Assembly (NCBI GenBank): GCA_029242945.1
Contig: JAQWSZ010000009.1
Coordinates: 1 to 60,369, forward strand
From: Gammaproteobacteria bacterium
GTDB taxonomy: Bacteria; Pseudomonadota; Gammaproteobacteria; Steroidobacterales; UBA11654
Reading direction: 5' to 3'
Length of the DNA: 60,369 bases
Positions 19,466 to 29,302 of this stretch are shown here, one piece after another. The notes below the pieces were generated by a model that was not told the origin of the DNA, did no database searches, and saw only the letters and a list, made by a program, of their open reading frames with translations. Position 1 is the first letter of the stretch; each line of letters opens with the position of its first letter. The translations under genes and the position numbers were made by a program.

Positions 19466-21043
19466 TTATATTATTTCATCGAATCCCAATGCACCTGGAT
19501 TGATGAGGTTTTTGGGATCCAATTGTTTTTTTAATGTACAGAGAAAATTTCTTGTTTCTTTTGTTCTTGTTTTTAGATATGGATAATCCTTTCCTATCTG
19601 AAAATGAATAGCGCCGTTATTGATACACATATCCTCTATTCTTTGTTTAATTTCATAAACCAATTCCATGCCTTGAGGATTTGGCTCATGAACAGGCACA
19701 TCATCTAAGTTTAGCGGGTAGACATTTTTATGATAAATAGTTTGCTCATCTTTCCATAAAAAAGTCGGTTCATATAAGAATGCATTACTGTCTATAAATG
19801 AGAACATTCGATTCATTGCAACACCATGTTCTTTCATTCTATCTTTGTATTCCAACATTAAGGATTCAAAATCATTATCGTGTTTTAGTACTTTTGAGAA
19901 AGGCAAAACACCATGTGTAGGTTTCCATCTTTCACCATTAGGACCAAGTATAGGGGTAAGCTCCATAAAAGGGTTAGCATGGAGATAAACAGGAATAGAA
20001 TTGGCTACTTCCTTCCCGTATTTTTGAGCAATTCTTCTTGCTTCAGCTATTTTAATTTTAGCTTCCTTATTATTGATGCCCTCAGTTGTAAAATGTCCAG
20101 AGAATGCGGCATGCTTTAGAAAACCTCTGCCAGCAAAACCCATTTTTACTATTTGTAATAAACCATCAATTGGATTTTTAGAGGAGAGAAAAACGGATTT
20201 TGCGGCCATTAATGGGTTTGCATTTTCCATTTCCATGATGGCTGTTTTTTGTTTTCTAGGGTCAAGTCCGTGGTTATCAGATACTATTCCAATTTTTGAT
20301 ATATCTCTCATTGCTAGAAATAAATTTTTAAAATCTGGGAAACCAAATGAGATTGCTGCAAAGCCAGAAGGCTTCTTTTTTAGCTTTAAAGTAATTTTTG
20401 TTTTTATACCCAAAGCACCTGAGTCGCCAAGGAATAGACCACCAGTATCGGGTCCATAATGTCTGAAGAATCTTGAGCTATTATCATTGTCTCCTTGGGA
20501 GCCAGTTTCAATGACTTCTCCATTCCCAATGATCACTTGAAGACTTGAAAGCGAATCTGCTGATACTGCATTATTTGTTCCATGACTCAGCGCATGATAT
20601 GACATAGAGCCAGCAATCGTTGCTACTCTTCCTGAAAATGGTCCCCAGAAAGGAGTTCTCAGGCCTAAGGGGTTTAGTGCTTCATATAGCTCAAGCCAAG
20701 TGACACCAGGCTCAACTGTAACAAACATATCTTCTTCATTGATTTCAATTTTTTTAAGGTTCTGACTATCAACAATAATCGTATTATTATTGATAGGAAG
20801 ATAACCACCCGTGTAAGAAGCTCCTCCACCTCTTACGATAATGGAGACATCATTTGCAATGCAGGTTTTAACAACTTTTATAAGTTCATTGGAGTCATTT
20901 GGTCTGACTACTGCGAGTGGTTTTTCTATAGATGATACAAAGACATCAGTAGAGTAAAAAGATAGTGTATGTTCATCTTGAATAAAATTATCTTTACCAA
21001 CGATGTCAGAAATTTGGTTGAATGCAATTTCAACTGAACTCAT
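19466..21043 (-). CDS. FAD-binding oxidoreductase (GlcD/VAO-type)
   Basis: RGGGASYTGG, VEPGVTW, GDSGALG, LDPKNLINPG; start at MSSVE after an AGGA RBS. Confidence 0.85.
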   Translation of the reverse strand: MSSVEIAFNQISDIVGKDNFIQDEHTLSFYSTDVFVSSIEKPLAVVRPNDSNELIKVVKTCIANDVSIIVRGGGASYTGGYLPINNNTIIVDSQNLKKIEINEEDMFVTVEPGVTWLELYEALNPLGLRTPFWGPFSGRVATIAGSMSYHALSHGTNNAVSADSLSSLQVIIGNGEVIETGSQGDNDNSSRFFRHYGPDTGGLFLGDSGALGIKTKITLKLKKKPSGFAAISFGFPDFKNLFLAMRDISKIGIVSDNHGLDPRKQKTAIMEMENANPLMAAKSVFLSSKNPIDGLLQIVKMGFAGRGFLKHAAFSGHFTTEGINNKEAKIKIAEARRIAQKYGKEVANSIPVYLHANPFMELTPILGPNGERWKPTHGVLPFSKVLKHDNDFESLMLEYKDRMKEHGVAMNRMFSFIDSNAFLYEPTFLWKDEQTIYHKNVYPLNLDDVPVHEPNPQGMELVYEIKQRIEDMCINNGAIHFQIGKDYPYLKTRTKETRNFLCTLKKQLDPKNLINPGALGFDEII

Positions 21044-21140
21044 TTTTTTCCTTATTAATATTTTTTTCAAAGGAATGATTATATCCTTTGGATAAGTTGC
21101 ATGTTAAATTATTTGAAAATTTTTTTTACAAGAATCAAAG

Positions 21141-21944
21141 ATGAAAACAAAAAAAATAAAAGGTTATGTTGAATGTAAATATGGACAAATACATTTTCAA
21201 TCCTATGGCAGTGGACAGCCATTAGTCCTATGTCATCAGTCTCCAAGTTCCTTGGAGATGTTTGCTCCAGCTTATTCTTTATTAGAAAACAATGGTATTC
21301 AAGCTATTGGAATTGATACTCCAGGTTATGGACAATCCGATGAACCAGATACTCAACCATCCATCAAAGATTATGCTGAATGTATTGCTGAAGTAATAAA
21401 CCATCTTGGGTGCGAGCCTGTAAGTATCTTGGGTCATCATACGGGTGCATGTATTGCAGCTGAGTTGTCTCTTTTAAGGCCTGATCTTATTTCCAGAGTC
21501 ATACTCAATGGTCCACCAGTAATGACCACTCAAGAAAAAAATCAAATTATGAATGCTATAAAAAATGCGCCTAAAGTTATTCCAAAAAAAGATGGCAGTC
21601 ATTTGAAAAATTTATGGGAAAAAAGAATAAGCTTTACTCCTGGTTGGACAGACATAAATGCCATGCATAATGGAGTCATTCAAATGCTTAGAGCAGGAGC
21701 GAATGATCATTTTGGATTCATAGCCGCTTTTGAATATGATTTGGAGAATGCAATAACAAAAATTAAACAACCAACGATGATATTAACAAACACAGGGGAT
21801 GACATTTACTTCGCTGCAATAAGGGCAAAAGAGCTCAGATCTGATTTTGTTTTCACCGCTTTAATTGATGGTACTCACGATATTGTGGATGAGCAAACAA
21901 ATGAATGGGTTGATTCAATTGTGGATTTTATAAAAAAAATGTAA
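21141..21944 (+). CDS. alpha/beta-fold hydrolase with GHHTG elbow
   Basis: CHQSP, DTPGYGQS, GHHTG at the nucleophile position, GTHD. Confidence 0.8.
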   Translation: MKTKKIKGYVECKYGQIHFQSYGSGQPLVLCHQSPSSLEMFAPAYSLLENNGIQAIGIDTPGYGQSDEPDTQPSIKDYAECIAEVINHLGCEPVSILGHHTGACIAAELSLLRPDLISRVILNGPPVMTTQEKNQIMNAIKNAPKVIPKKDGSHLKNLWEKRISFTPGWTDINAMHNGVIQMLRAGANDHFGFIAAFEYDLENAITKIKQPTMILTNTGDDIYFAAIRAKELRSDFVFTALIDGTHDIVDEQTNEWVDSIVDFIKKM

Positions 21945-22013
21945 AAAAAGGTTATACATTTGTGTAGAAACCTATAAGATGCCACTTGTAAATTTTAATT
22001 AGGAGTTATTACA

Positions 22014-22268
22014 TTGAATATCTACGTTGGAAATATAGCTTGGTCCATGACAGAAGATGACCTAGAAGCACTTTTTGCAGAACACGGAACTGTTGTATCA
22101 GCAAATATAATCACAGACAAATATTCTGGTCGATCTAGAGGATTTGGATTTGTAGAAATGGAAGATGATGCTGCTGCAGAAGCAGCTATTGAGGCACTTA
22201 ACGATTCTGAGCAATCAGGAAGAGCGCTTAAAGTGAATCAAGCAAAACCAAGAGAAGACAGAAGCTAA
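22014..22268 (+). CDS. RRM-domain RNA-binding protein
   Basis: RNP2 IYVGNI, RNP1 RGFGFVEM; TTG start with AGGAG RBS. Confidence 0.93.
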   Translation: MNIYVGNIAWSMTEDDLEALFAEHGTVVSANIITDKYSGRSRGFGFVEMEDDAAAEAAIEALNDSEQSGRALKVNQAKPREDRS

Positions 22269-22300
22269 ATCTAGCTTTTTTTTTATTCTTTTTTTCATGA

Positions 22301-22335
22301 TTGAAGTGTAGTGCCTTTCTGGCATTACACTTCAA
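22301..22335. terminator. 15-bp stem-loop downstream of the RRM gene (terminator or stability hairpin)
   Basis: TTGAAGTGTAGTGCC-tttct-GGCATTACACTTCAA, one G-U pair. Confidence 0.55.
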
Positions 22336-22383
22336 CTTCGATATCTATAAGGCTATAATTAGGTCTATATTGAAGAATAATTT

Positions 22384-22827
22384 ATGAAAAGATTCAAATA
22401 CCCCCCGTTTCTAGTCCTTTTTGGTCTTATTGTCCAAAGCTTATTAAGTGCTTACTTTCCTTTATACATTTTTGACTATTTTCCTCTCATTCTAAGCATT
22501 GCTTTTATCTTCATAGGGTTGTGTTCAATTGTTTTTCTTCTTGATGTTTTTAAGAAAAAAGAAACAGCAATACTCCCAGATGGTGATCCTGAGGTATTGC
22601 TCACTCAAGGTCCTTATAGTTTTTCAAGAAACCCAATTTATCTTTCTATGACTGTAATTTTGATTGGCTCTTCTATGCTATATAACTGCTTGTCTGTTTT
22701 TATAATTCCGATTTTATTTGCAGTGTTAGTTAAAATAATATGGATTGATTACGAAGAAGCCAAACTGAAGAAGATCTTTGGAGAGGAATACCTCAATTAT
22801 AAAAAGAAAACTAGAAGGTGGATCTAA
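22384..22827 (+). CDS. isoprenylcysteine carboxylmethyltransferase/PEMT family membrane protein
   Basis: GPY.FSRNPIY, EEAKL...FGEEY..Y...TRRW. Confidence 0.88.
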   Translation: MKRFKYPPFLVLFGLIVQSLLSAYFPLYIFDYFPLILSIAFIFIGLCSIVFLLDVFKKKETAILPDGDPEVLLTQGPYSFSRNPIYLSMTVILIGSSMLYNCLSVFIIPILFAVLVKIIWIDYEEAKLKKIFGEEYLNYKKKTRRWI

Positions 22828-23061
22828 ATGATCTTATATCAATTGAAAAAATTATTTAAACACAGCTATCTATTTTTACTAATTTCTTGCGAAGGGCAAA
22901 CACCTGAAGAATTCAATCAAAACTTTCAAACTAAATTCAATGATTGTGTAGAAAGAGCTAAAAACAGATGTGACAATCTCGATGAGAGTGAATGCTTAGT
23001 ATTTGCTGAAACCAGATGCGAAACATTTCTGGGAACAAGTGAGAACCCAATCGTTAAATGA
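22828..23061 (+). CDS. small putative lipoprotein
   Basis: LLISC lipobox-like motif; four further Cys. Confidence 0.55.
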   Translation: MILYQLKKLFKHSYLFLLISCEGQTPEEFNQNFQTKFNDCVERAKNRCDNLDESECLVFAETRCETFLGTSENPIVK

Positions 23062-23165
23062 GTTCATAGTTATGAGACTTGTAAGGGTCAGAATTAATCT
23101 TATTAATTGATCTTTTAAATAATTGGCTTAATATTCTTATTAACTAAAACAGTATAGAGGTAATT

Positions 23166-23621
23166 ATGGAAAGTGCAGCTGCTAACTCGACTTCAATTTC
23201 ATGGAAATGCAAGCATACTTGGAAAAGAGCATCTATCAACACATTGTGGTGCCTTCTTGGTTGCTCCATTGGTGACTTTGGTACGATCTACTTCTTTCAA
23301 ATAACGGGTAACCCATGGGAATTTTCAGTTTTCCTAATTATGAGTCTTGCGATAATGAACGGATTAATTACTTCGATAATGTTGGAGACATTTATTCTTT
23401 CTCGACAGATGATCTTAAAAGAAGCGTTTAAAGTAGCCATCGGGATGTCTCTTATTTCAATGATCTCTATGGAAGTTGCCATGAATATCGTTGATGTCTT
23501 ACTAACGGGTGGTGCAATGCTTACTTGGTGGGTGATTCCAATAATGTTATTGGCAGGCTTTATTACACCTTTACCTTATAACTACTTTCGGTTGAAAAAA
23601 TATGGAAAAGCTTGTCATTGA
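23166..23621 (+). CDS. DUF4396 family membrane protein
   Basis: TLWCLLGCSIGDF, MSLISMISME, GFITPLPYNY, C-terminal GKACH. Confidence 0.8.
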   Translation: MESAAANSTSISWKCKHTWKRASINTLWCLLGCSIGDFGTIYFFQITGNPWEFSVFLIMSLAIMNGLITSIMLETFILSRQMILKEAFKVAIGMSLISMISMEVAMNIVDVLLTGGAMLTWWVIPIMLLAGFITPLPYNYFRLKKYGKACH

Positions 23622-23632
23622 TTTGATGTTTT

Positions 23633-24355
23633 TTAGTTAATTTTCCAGCTTCTTGCCCAATATATAAATGGGGTATCAAATGCGGCTATTGCTACTTTAA
23701 AAATCATTTTTGCTAAGCCCAATTGAATGGCTGTATTGAAATCAACCACGCCCCACCAAACAACTAAGGAGTAGATAGAAGTGTCAATGGTTTGTGAAGC
23801 TATGGTGGAGAGATTATTTCTTAACCATAGATGTTTTCCATTAGTCCAGGTTTTAATTCTGTGAAAACACCACACATCAAAACGCTGACTAATAAAATAA
23901 GCTAAAAGTGAACCAAAAATAAACCGAGGTGTGAAATCTAGAATTCTAACAAACGATTGATGAACTTCTGTTGAAAAGGTTTGATTGCCTTGAGTGGATG
24001 GTAAGAACAGAAGTGAGATGCTAAGCATGACCAAAATAATAATGCTTATACTAAATCCCATCATTACAGCATTATCCGCTGCCTTTTTGCCGAATTTTTC
24101 ACTTAATAAATCTGTTGCAAAGAAAATACTAGAATAAAAAATTACTCCTAAACTGGTTTGCATACCTAGAATAACTGTTAATTTTGGGCCTTGTAAATTA
24201 GCTAATAAAATAGATAAGACAATACAAGCTAAAAGACCTTTTTGCCCAAAAAACCTATACATTAATATAGTAAAGCTAAGATCAAGAATTAGAGTAATTC
24301 CATAGAGTAGATCTTGGTGGTTTGTGAAATAAAGCTGTATGTAATCTGGGAACAT
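23633..24355 (-). CDS. yhhQ: queuosine precursor transporter (YhhQ/VUT family)
   Basis: TDLLSE.FG, PRF..GSLLAY..SQ..DV, HLWLRNN.ST..SQ..DT. Confidence 0.85.
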   Translation of the reverse strand: MFPDYIQLYFTNHQDLLYGITLILDLSFTILMYRFFGQKGLLACIVLSILLANLQGPKLTVILGMQTSLGVIFYSSIFFATDLLSEKFGKKAADNAVMMGFSISIIILVMLSISLLFLPSTQGNQTFSTEVHQSFVRILDFTPRFIFGSLLAYFISQRFDVWCFHRIKTWTNGKHLWLRNNLSTIASQTIDTSIYSLVVWWGVVDFNTAIQLGLAKMIFKVAIAAFDTPFIYWARSWKIN

Positions 24356-24476
24356 AATTTTTTTTGACTAATAATTTAATATAAATTAATTTGGTTCTCT
24401 GACTTTATACAATCATCTAATAAATTGAAGATAAATTAAAGATAGAATATTTTGATACAAAAACATAATTAACTAA

Positions 24477-25184
24477 ATGATCACAATTGGATATATCTTT
24501 ATAGCATTTCTAGCTGCAGCATGCTTAGTTTATGTTGCAAATGCCTACTTAAAGCAACCCAATAACATACTTCTTTTAATACTTTGTCCAACCTCATTAC
24601 TCTGGTTTGATTCCTTTGTGATCGCGATGGGACAATTTGTGGGTGAAGGCAATCTCCTTTTAGGTGCAACATATATTCGCTACTCAGCGCATTGGTTGAT
24701 GTTGCCACTACTTTTTATAGCATCAGGAATGATTTTGAGAGGGGCGGGTTTTAAATTTGCATCAAATAAATACATTATGGGTCTATTTTATTTTTTGACC
24801 CTGTTTTTTATTATTGAAGACTTTAGGCATATTTTTATTGTAGATTTTTATCCTGCTTGTTATGGCGATACTCTCAGATATGCAACAAAGGTTCCAACCG
24901 GGCAAGCATGTACTACAGGAATGGAAGGCATGGGTATGGGTACATCTCCAGCAGCAGCGATACTCTTGACAGTTATACTTCTGTTATCAGGAATAGCAAT
25001 ATGGATAAAACATAAATGGCCTTGGCTTGCTGTAGGTTGTTCAATTATGTTGCTTGCAGCTCAACCAACGTCAATTGGTCCTATACTTAGCAATGCCGGT
25101 GAGCCAATTTTTACTTTTGCAGTTACACTTGCAGCTATCAAATTTGGAAATAAAAATGAAGAACGAATAGCTTCTAATTCTTGA
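24477..25184 (+). CDS. hypothetical multi-pass membrane protein
   Basis: 235 aa with about 7 hydrophobic segments; no recognised motif. Confidence 0.6.
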   Translation: MITIGYIFIAFLAAACLVYVANAYLKQPNNILLLILCPTSLLWFDSFVIAMGQFVGEGNLLLGATYIRYSAHWLMLPLLFIASGMILRGAGFKFASNKYIMGLFYFLTLFFIIEDFRHIFIVDFYPACYGDTLRYATKVPTGQACTTGMEGMGMGTSPAAAILLTVILLLSGIAIWIKHKWPWLAVGCSIMLLAAQPTSIGPILSNAGEPIFTFAVTLAAIKFGNKNEERIASNS

Positions 25185-25194
25185 ATAATTGAAG

Positions 25195-26424
25195 TCAAAG
25201 ATTGATCGCTTCTCCGATATTAAGTGGCACTATCTCTATCTCTTGATCTTTATTAATTGCCTCCAAACCTTCTGGAATAATTGCCCAAGAATTTGCTTCC
25301 CTGAAAGGGTTCAGTTTGAAGGATTCTTGTCCTTCTAAAATTATGACCTCTAACTTACCTTGATCATTTACTGTTGTTTTTGCTTTAGCAAAAAAACAGA
25401 ACTTTCTTGATTTTTTAAATTCCAATTGATTTACTGCAACTAGATAGTTTTCTTTTGCCTGTCCTTGCATTAATCGTATGGCATTGTTGACAAAAAAACG
25501 AAAGCCGACTGCTACTGATACTGGGTTTCCAGGTAAACCAAAGAGAATTTTTCCATCTGGTAATTTTGCCATTAATATTGGCTTTCCAGGTCTGATCCAG
25601 ACTTTATGGAATAATATTTCTGCACCCATATCAAGTAATACAGATGGCACAAAGTCAGCTTTTCCAGCAGAGACACCACCACTTGTAATAATAATGTCTG
25701 ATCCAGAATCTATACATTTTTTGATTTTATTTTTGATTTCACAAGGGTCATCTTTTGCATGGAGCTGATTGGTGCATTGTAGCCCTAATCTTTTGACGCA
25801 AGCTTCAATATAAGGCCCATTAGTATTGGGTATGCTTGATTCATTATTCCCATCTAATTCACTTCCAGTTGCAATAATGCCAATCTTAGGTGATTGGAAT
25901 ATTTGCACCTTATCAATACCATTCATCAATATTGCCATCAAGTTATATGGGTTGATGGAACTTCCTTTTTCTAAAATAATATCCCCAGGTAAGAAATCTT
26001 CTCCAGCTAGGCGAACATTTCTATCTTTTTTTATTTCTTCGTCAAGAATTAGAAATCTCTTATTATTCTCAGTAATAATTTTGGCTTGCTCTATGGGAAT
26101 GACCGCATCAAAACTTTTGGGCATCAATGCTCCTGTCATGATTTCAAAACTAACATCATTTTCATCCGAAGCAATAAATTTATCTCCAGCGTAGATAGTA
26201 TTTTTAATTTCAAAGCGTTTAGGATTATCTTTTGTTATCTCAATTGTTTCTTTGGTTTGAATTGCTACACCATCCATTGCAGAGTTAGAGAGAGCAGGCA
26301 CAGGCGATTTGGATACTAAGGTTTTTGCATTAATGCCAAAAGCCTGTTTAACATCAGTATCTTTTACTGCTAGCGAAGTCACATTTTTTTCTATAATATT
26401 TAATGCTTCTTTATAATTGATCAT
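25195..26424 (-). CDS. moeA: molybdopterin molybdotransferase
   Basis: NSAMDG, IMTGA.MP, ATGSEL, SGGVSAGKAD, RPGKP, GLPGNPVS. Confidence 0.93.
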   Translation of the reverse strand: MINYKEALNIIEKNVTSLAVKDTDVKQAFGINAKTLVSKSPVPALSNSAMDGVAIQTKETIEITKDNPKRFEIKNTIYAGDKFIASDENDVSFEIMTGALMPKSFDAVIPIEQAKIITENNKRFLILDEEIKKDRNVRLAGEDFLPGDIILEKGSSINPYNLMAILMNGIDKVQIFQSPKIGIIATGSELDGNNESSIPNTNGPYIEACVKRLGLQCTNQLHAKDDPCEIKNKIKKCIDSGSDIIITSGGVSAGKADFVPSVLLDMGAEILFHKVWIRPGKPILMAKLPDGKILFGLPGNPVSVAVGFRFFVNNAIRLMQGQAKENYLVAVNQLEFKKSRKFCFFAKAKTTVNDQGKLEVIILEGQESFKLNPFREANSWAIIPEGLEAINKDQEIEIVPLNIGEAINL

Positions 26425-26551
26425 GATTTATATATATTTTATTTGGAGTCTAAGCTTATTGTGCATTGTTTTAATGAGGGATGGAAAAATTTTTAAATTT
26501 AAAGCATAAGACCTTTTTAAGATAGAATTAATTAATAATTAGGTAACCGTA

Positions 26552-29302
26552 TTGACTAAGATTAATAGAAGAAATTTCTTACAAGGCTCAGCAGCAGCTG
26601 GACTTAGTCTTGGATTGCAATATGGATCTATGGAAAAAACATTTTCAAGCGAAACTTATCGCGGTTTCGAGGATCTCTATAGAAAAAAATGGACTTGGGA
26701 TAGAGTTGTAAGAGGAACGCACGGTACTAACTGTGCTGGCACTTGTGCCTTTAACGTATATATTAAGAATGGTGTTGTTTGGCGAGAAGAGCAACAAGGA
26801 CAATATGAACAATTGGGAGATGTTCCTGACTTTGGACCCAGAGGTTGTCAAAAAGGTATGCGTCATCATAAATATATGTATGGCAAGCAACGCATACTTT
26901 ATCCATTAAAAAGAACTGGTAAAAGAGGTGAAGGTAAGTGGGAAAGGATTAGTTGGGAACAGGCTACCACAGAGATTGCAGATAAGTTTCTTGATTACGC
27001 AATAGAATATAATCCTGAATGTATTTCTTATGGAAGCGGTACACAGATGTCTGTGAAAATGGCTTCCTTTTCTTCACATTTACGATTTGGCAATATTACG
27101 GGTGTTACTGTTCCTGAATTCTTTTCAGGTGTTGGAGATCTTCCCACCGGTTCATATATGACCTTAGGCCAAGTCTACACAGGCGATACATTTGCTTCTG
27201 TGTATAAAGCAAAATGTGTTTTAGTCTGGATGAGTAATCCAGCTGTGACACGAATACCTGATGCACACTTCTTTTGGGAGGCTCGTTATAATGGTACCCA
27301 GGTCATTTCAATTTCTCCTGAATTTACTCCTACAGCAATGCATTCCAGTATGTGGCTCAACCCGAAACCAGGGACAGATGCAGCCCTAGCTATGTCAATG
27401 GTCGGTGTGATGATCGATGAGAAACTCTATCAATCAGATTATATAAAAGAGCAAACTGATTTACCGCTTTTAGTAAGAACTGATACAAAAGAATTTTTAA
27501 GAAGAGAAGATCTATCACTCTATGGTTTACTGGCTGTTGATGATAATGTTTATTATATGTGGGATGAGGAGACAGATGCCATTGTACAGGCACCTGGGAC
27601 AGGGAGAGCTGATAAACCTATGGGGAGAGATAGGCGTAAGCATGGAACATTAGATCTTGGAAACATAAAGCCAATTTTAGAAGGAAGATGGAAGATTAAA
27701 ACATTGGATGGTGAAGTTGAAATCACCACAGTTTTCGAATTATTAAAAGAAGAATGCAAACAGTATACACCTGAAAAATCTTCCGAGATCACTGGGGTTA
27801 ATCCTGGCGTCATCAAAAAAACAGCTCGAGTTTTTGCAGATGCTCAACCAGCCATGATTTATGCAGGCTATGCTTCATGTAAATGGCTTCATGGTGATCT
27901 CTTACAAAGAGCAATGCTATTAATGTTAGCTCTAAGTGGAAGTACGGGTAAAGAAGGTGGCGGGCTACAAATAGCAAATGCACCCGTTTCTAGAGGAATA
28001 AATCAATTTGGTTTTTCTGATATTGGTCCTGCACTTCGACTAATTTCTGCTACCACATGGGATTATGATCACGGGAATATGAAGCAGTTGAATGAGAAGA
28101 TATACGGAAAGGATCTTGCTGAAACATTCGATCAATATTATAAAAAAAGTATCAGCGAAGATTGGTTCCCAGATTACAGCCAAAATGGCTATAAAATGGG
28201 AATATTTGCTGGAAACAATGGAGCCAACTGGAGAGCTACTGGAAGTCATTGGAGAAAAAATGCTTTGGAATCCCTTGAGGTTATTGTTTCGTTGGCACCC
28301 GACATGGGAATAACAGCACTTACCTCAGATTATGTTTTGCCAATAGCTCATCACTACGAAAGAAATGATTTAATGTTGCAATCAAGAGTGCCTTACTTGC
28401 AGGTCCTTAATGAAGCAGTGAGACCACTCGGTGAATCTGTAGATGACTGGGAAGCAAACAGGAGACTGGCTGAAGCTATCAGCATTAGAGCTAAAGAAAG
28501 AGGTATAAGGCCAATTAGAGATGTGGTTGATGGAAGGACGGTTAGAAGAGATTACACCAAGACGCTAGAGTTATATACAATGAATGGAAGACTTAAAAAT
28601 TCAACCGATGTTGCTCAATTTATCATCAATACTAGTCATGGACTTCCAAAAATTTCATTTGAAGAGTTATCCGAAAAAGGTATTGTTAGAGTGGATGGTT
28701 CGGATAACACAATGTGGGATAATGAGGACTCACCTTACCATACTGAAGTAGCAAAGAGTGTTAGAGACAAACATCCCTATGAAACATTTACAGGCAGGCA
28801 ACAGTTTTATATTGATCACGAATGGTTTATTGAATTTGAAGAGACGTTACCAACCTATAAGGAGCCTCTTGAAATCAAAGATTTTCCTATGAGAATGATG
28901 ATGGGACATGCACGTCATGGTATCCATAGTATGTGGAGGGATGACTCTTTACTTTTAAGTTTGCAGCGAGGCGAACCTGATATTTATATTAATCCAGATG
29001 ATGCAAAAGCAAGAGATGTTCTTGATGGAGACATGGTGAGAGTATTTAATATAGCAGGTGAATTTTTTGCTATGGCGCATGTCAGTTCATCGATCCAGCC
29101 TGGTATGCTCTTTATGTACCATGGATGGGATCCTAAATTATTTCAAAATGGGAAAAATTTTGGTGAAGTTATTCCAACTGGGGGATTGATTAAGCCCACT
29201 TCAATGGCCGGAGATTATGGGCATTTAGGTTATCAACCACTTGCATTCGCACCCAATCAAACTTATAAAGATTTTACTTGTGATTTTGAAAAATCAGCAT
29301 GA
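26552..29302 (+). CDS. type II DMSO-reductase-family Mo-bisMGD enzyme, alpha subunit (EbdA/S25dA-like), Tat-exported
   Basis: RRNFLQ Tat motif; EDLYRKKWTWD; FS0 motif HGTNCAGTC...PRGCQKG; candidate Mo-ligand Asp in VGDLPTG; TRIPDAHF..EARYNG; HARHGIHS; TTG start. Confidence 0.9.
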   Translation: MTKINRRNFLQGSAAAGLSLGLQYGSMEKTFSSETYRGFEDLYRKKWTWDRVVRGTHGTNCAGTCAFNVYIKNGVVWREEQQGQYEQLGDVPDFGPRGCQKGMRHHKYMYGKQRILYPLKRTGKRGEGKWERISWEQATTEIADKFLDYAIEYNPECISYGSGTQMSVKMASFSSHLRFGNITGVTVPEFFSGVGDLPTGSYMTLGQVYTGDTFASVYKAKCVLVWMSNPAVTRIPDAHFFWEARYNGTQVISISPEFTPTAMHSSMWLNPKPGTDAALAMSMVGVMIDEKLYQSDYIKEQTDLPLLVRTDTKEFLRREDLSLYGLLAVDDNVYYMWDEETDAIVQAPGTGRADKPMGRDRRKHGTLDLGNIKPILEGRWKIKTLDGEVEITTVFELLKEECKQYTPEKSSEITGVNPGVIKKTARVFADAQPAMIYAGYASCKWLHGDLLQRAMLLMLALSGSTGKEGGGLQIANAPVSRGINQFGFSDIGPALRLISATTWDYDHGNMKQLNEKIYGKDLAETFDQYYKKSISEDWFPDYSQNGYKMGIFAGNNGANWRATGSHWRKNALESLEVIVSLAPDMGITALTSDYVLPIAHHYERNDLMLQSRVPYLQVLNEAVRPLGESVDDWEANRRLAEAISIRAKERGIRPIRDVVDGRTVRRDYTKTLELYTMNGRLKNSTDVAQFIINTSHGLPKISFEELSEKGIVRVDGSDNTMWDNEDSPYHTEVAKSVRDKHPYETFTGRQQFYIDHEWFIEFEETLPTYKEPLEIKDFPMRMMMGHARHGIHSMWRDDSLLLSLQRGEPDIYINPDDAKARDVLDGDMVRVFNIAGEFFAMAHVSSSIQPGMLFMYHGWDPKLFQNGKNFGEVIPTGGLIKPTSMAGDYGHLGYQPLAFAPNQTYKDFTCDFEKSA

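Noticed and set aside
24356-24476. preQ1 riboswitch upstream of yhhQ
   Set aside because: No stem with the conserved loop and 3' pseudoknot pairing is visible on the minus strand.
26425-26551. Moco riboswitch or ModE box between moeA and the Mo enzyme
   Set aside because: Short AT-rich spacer with no recognisable consensus or stable structure.
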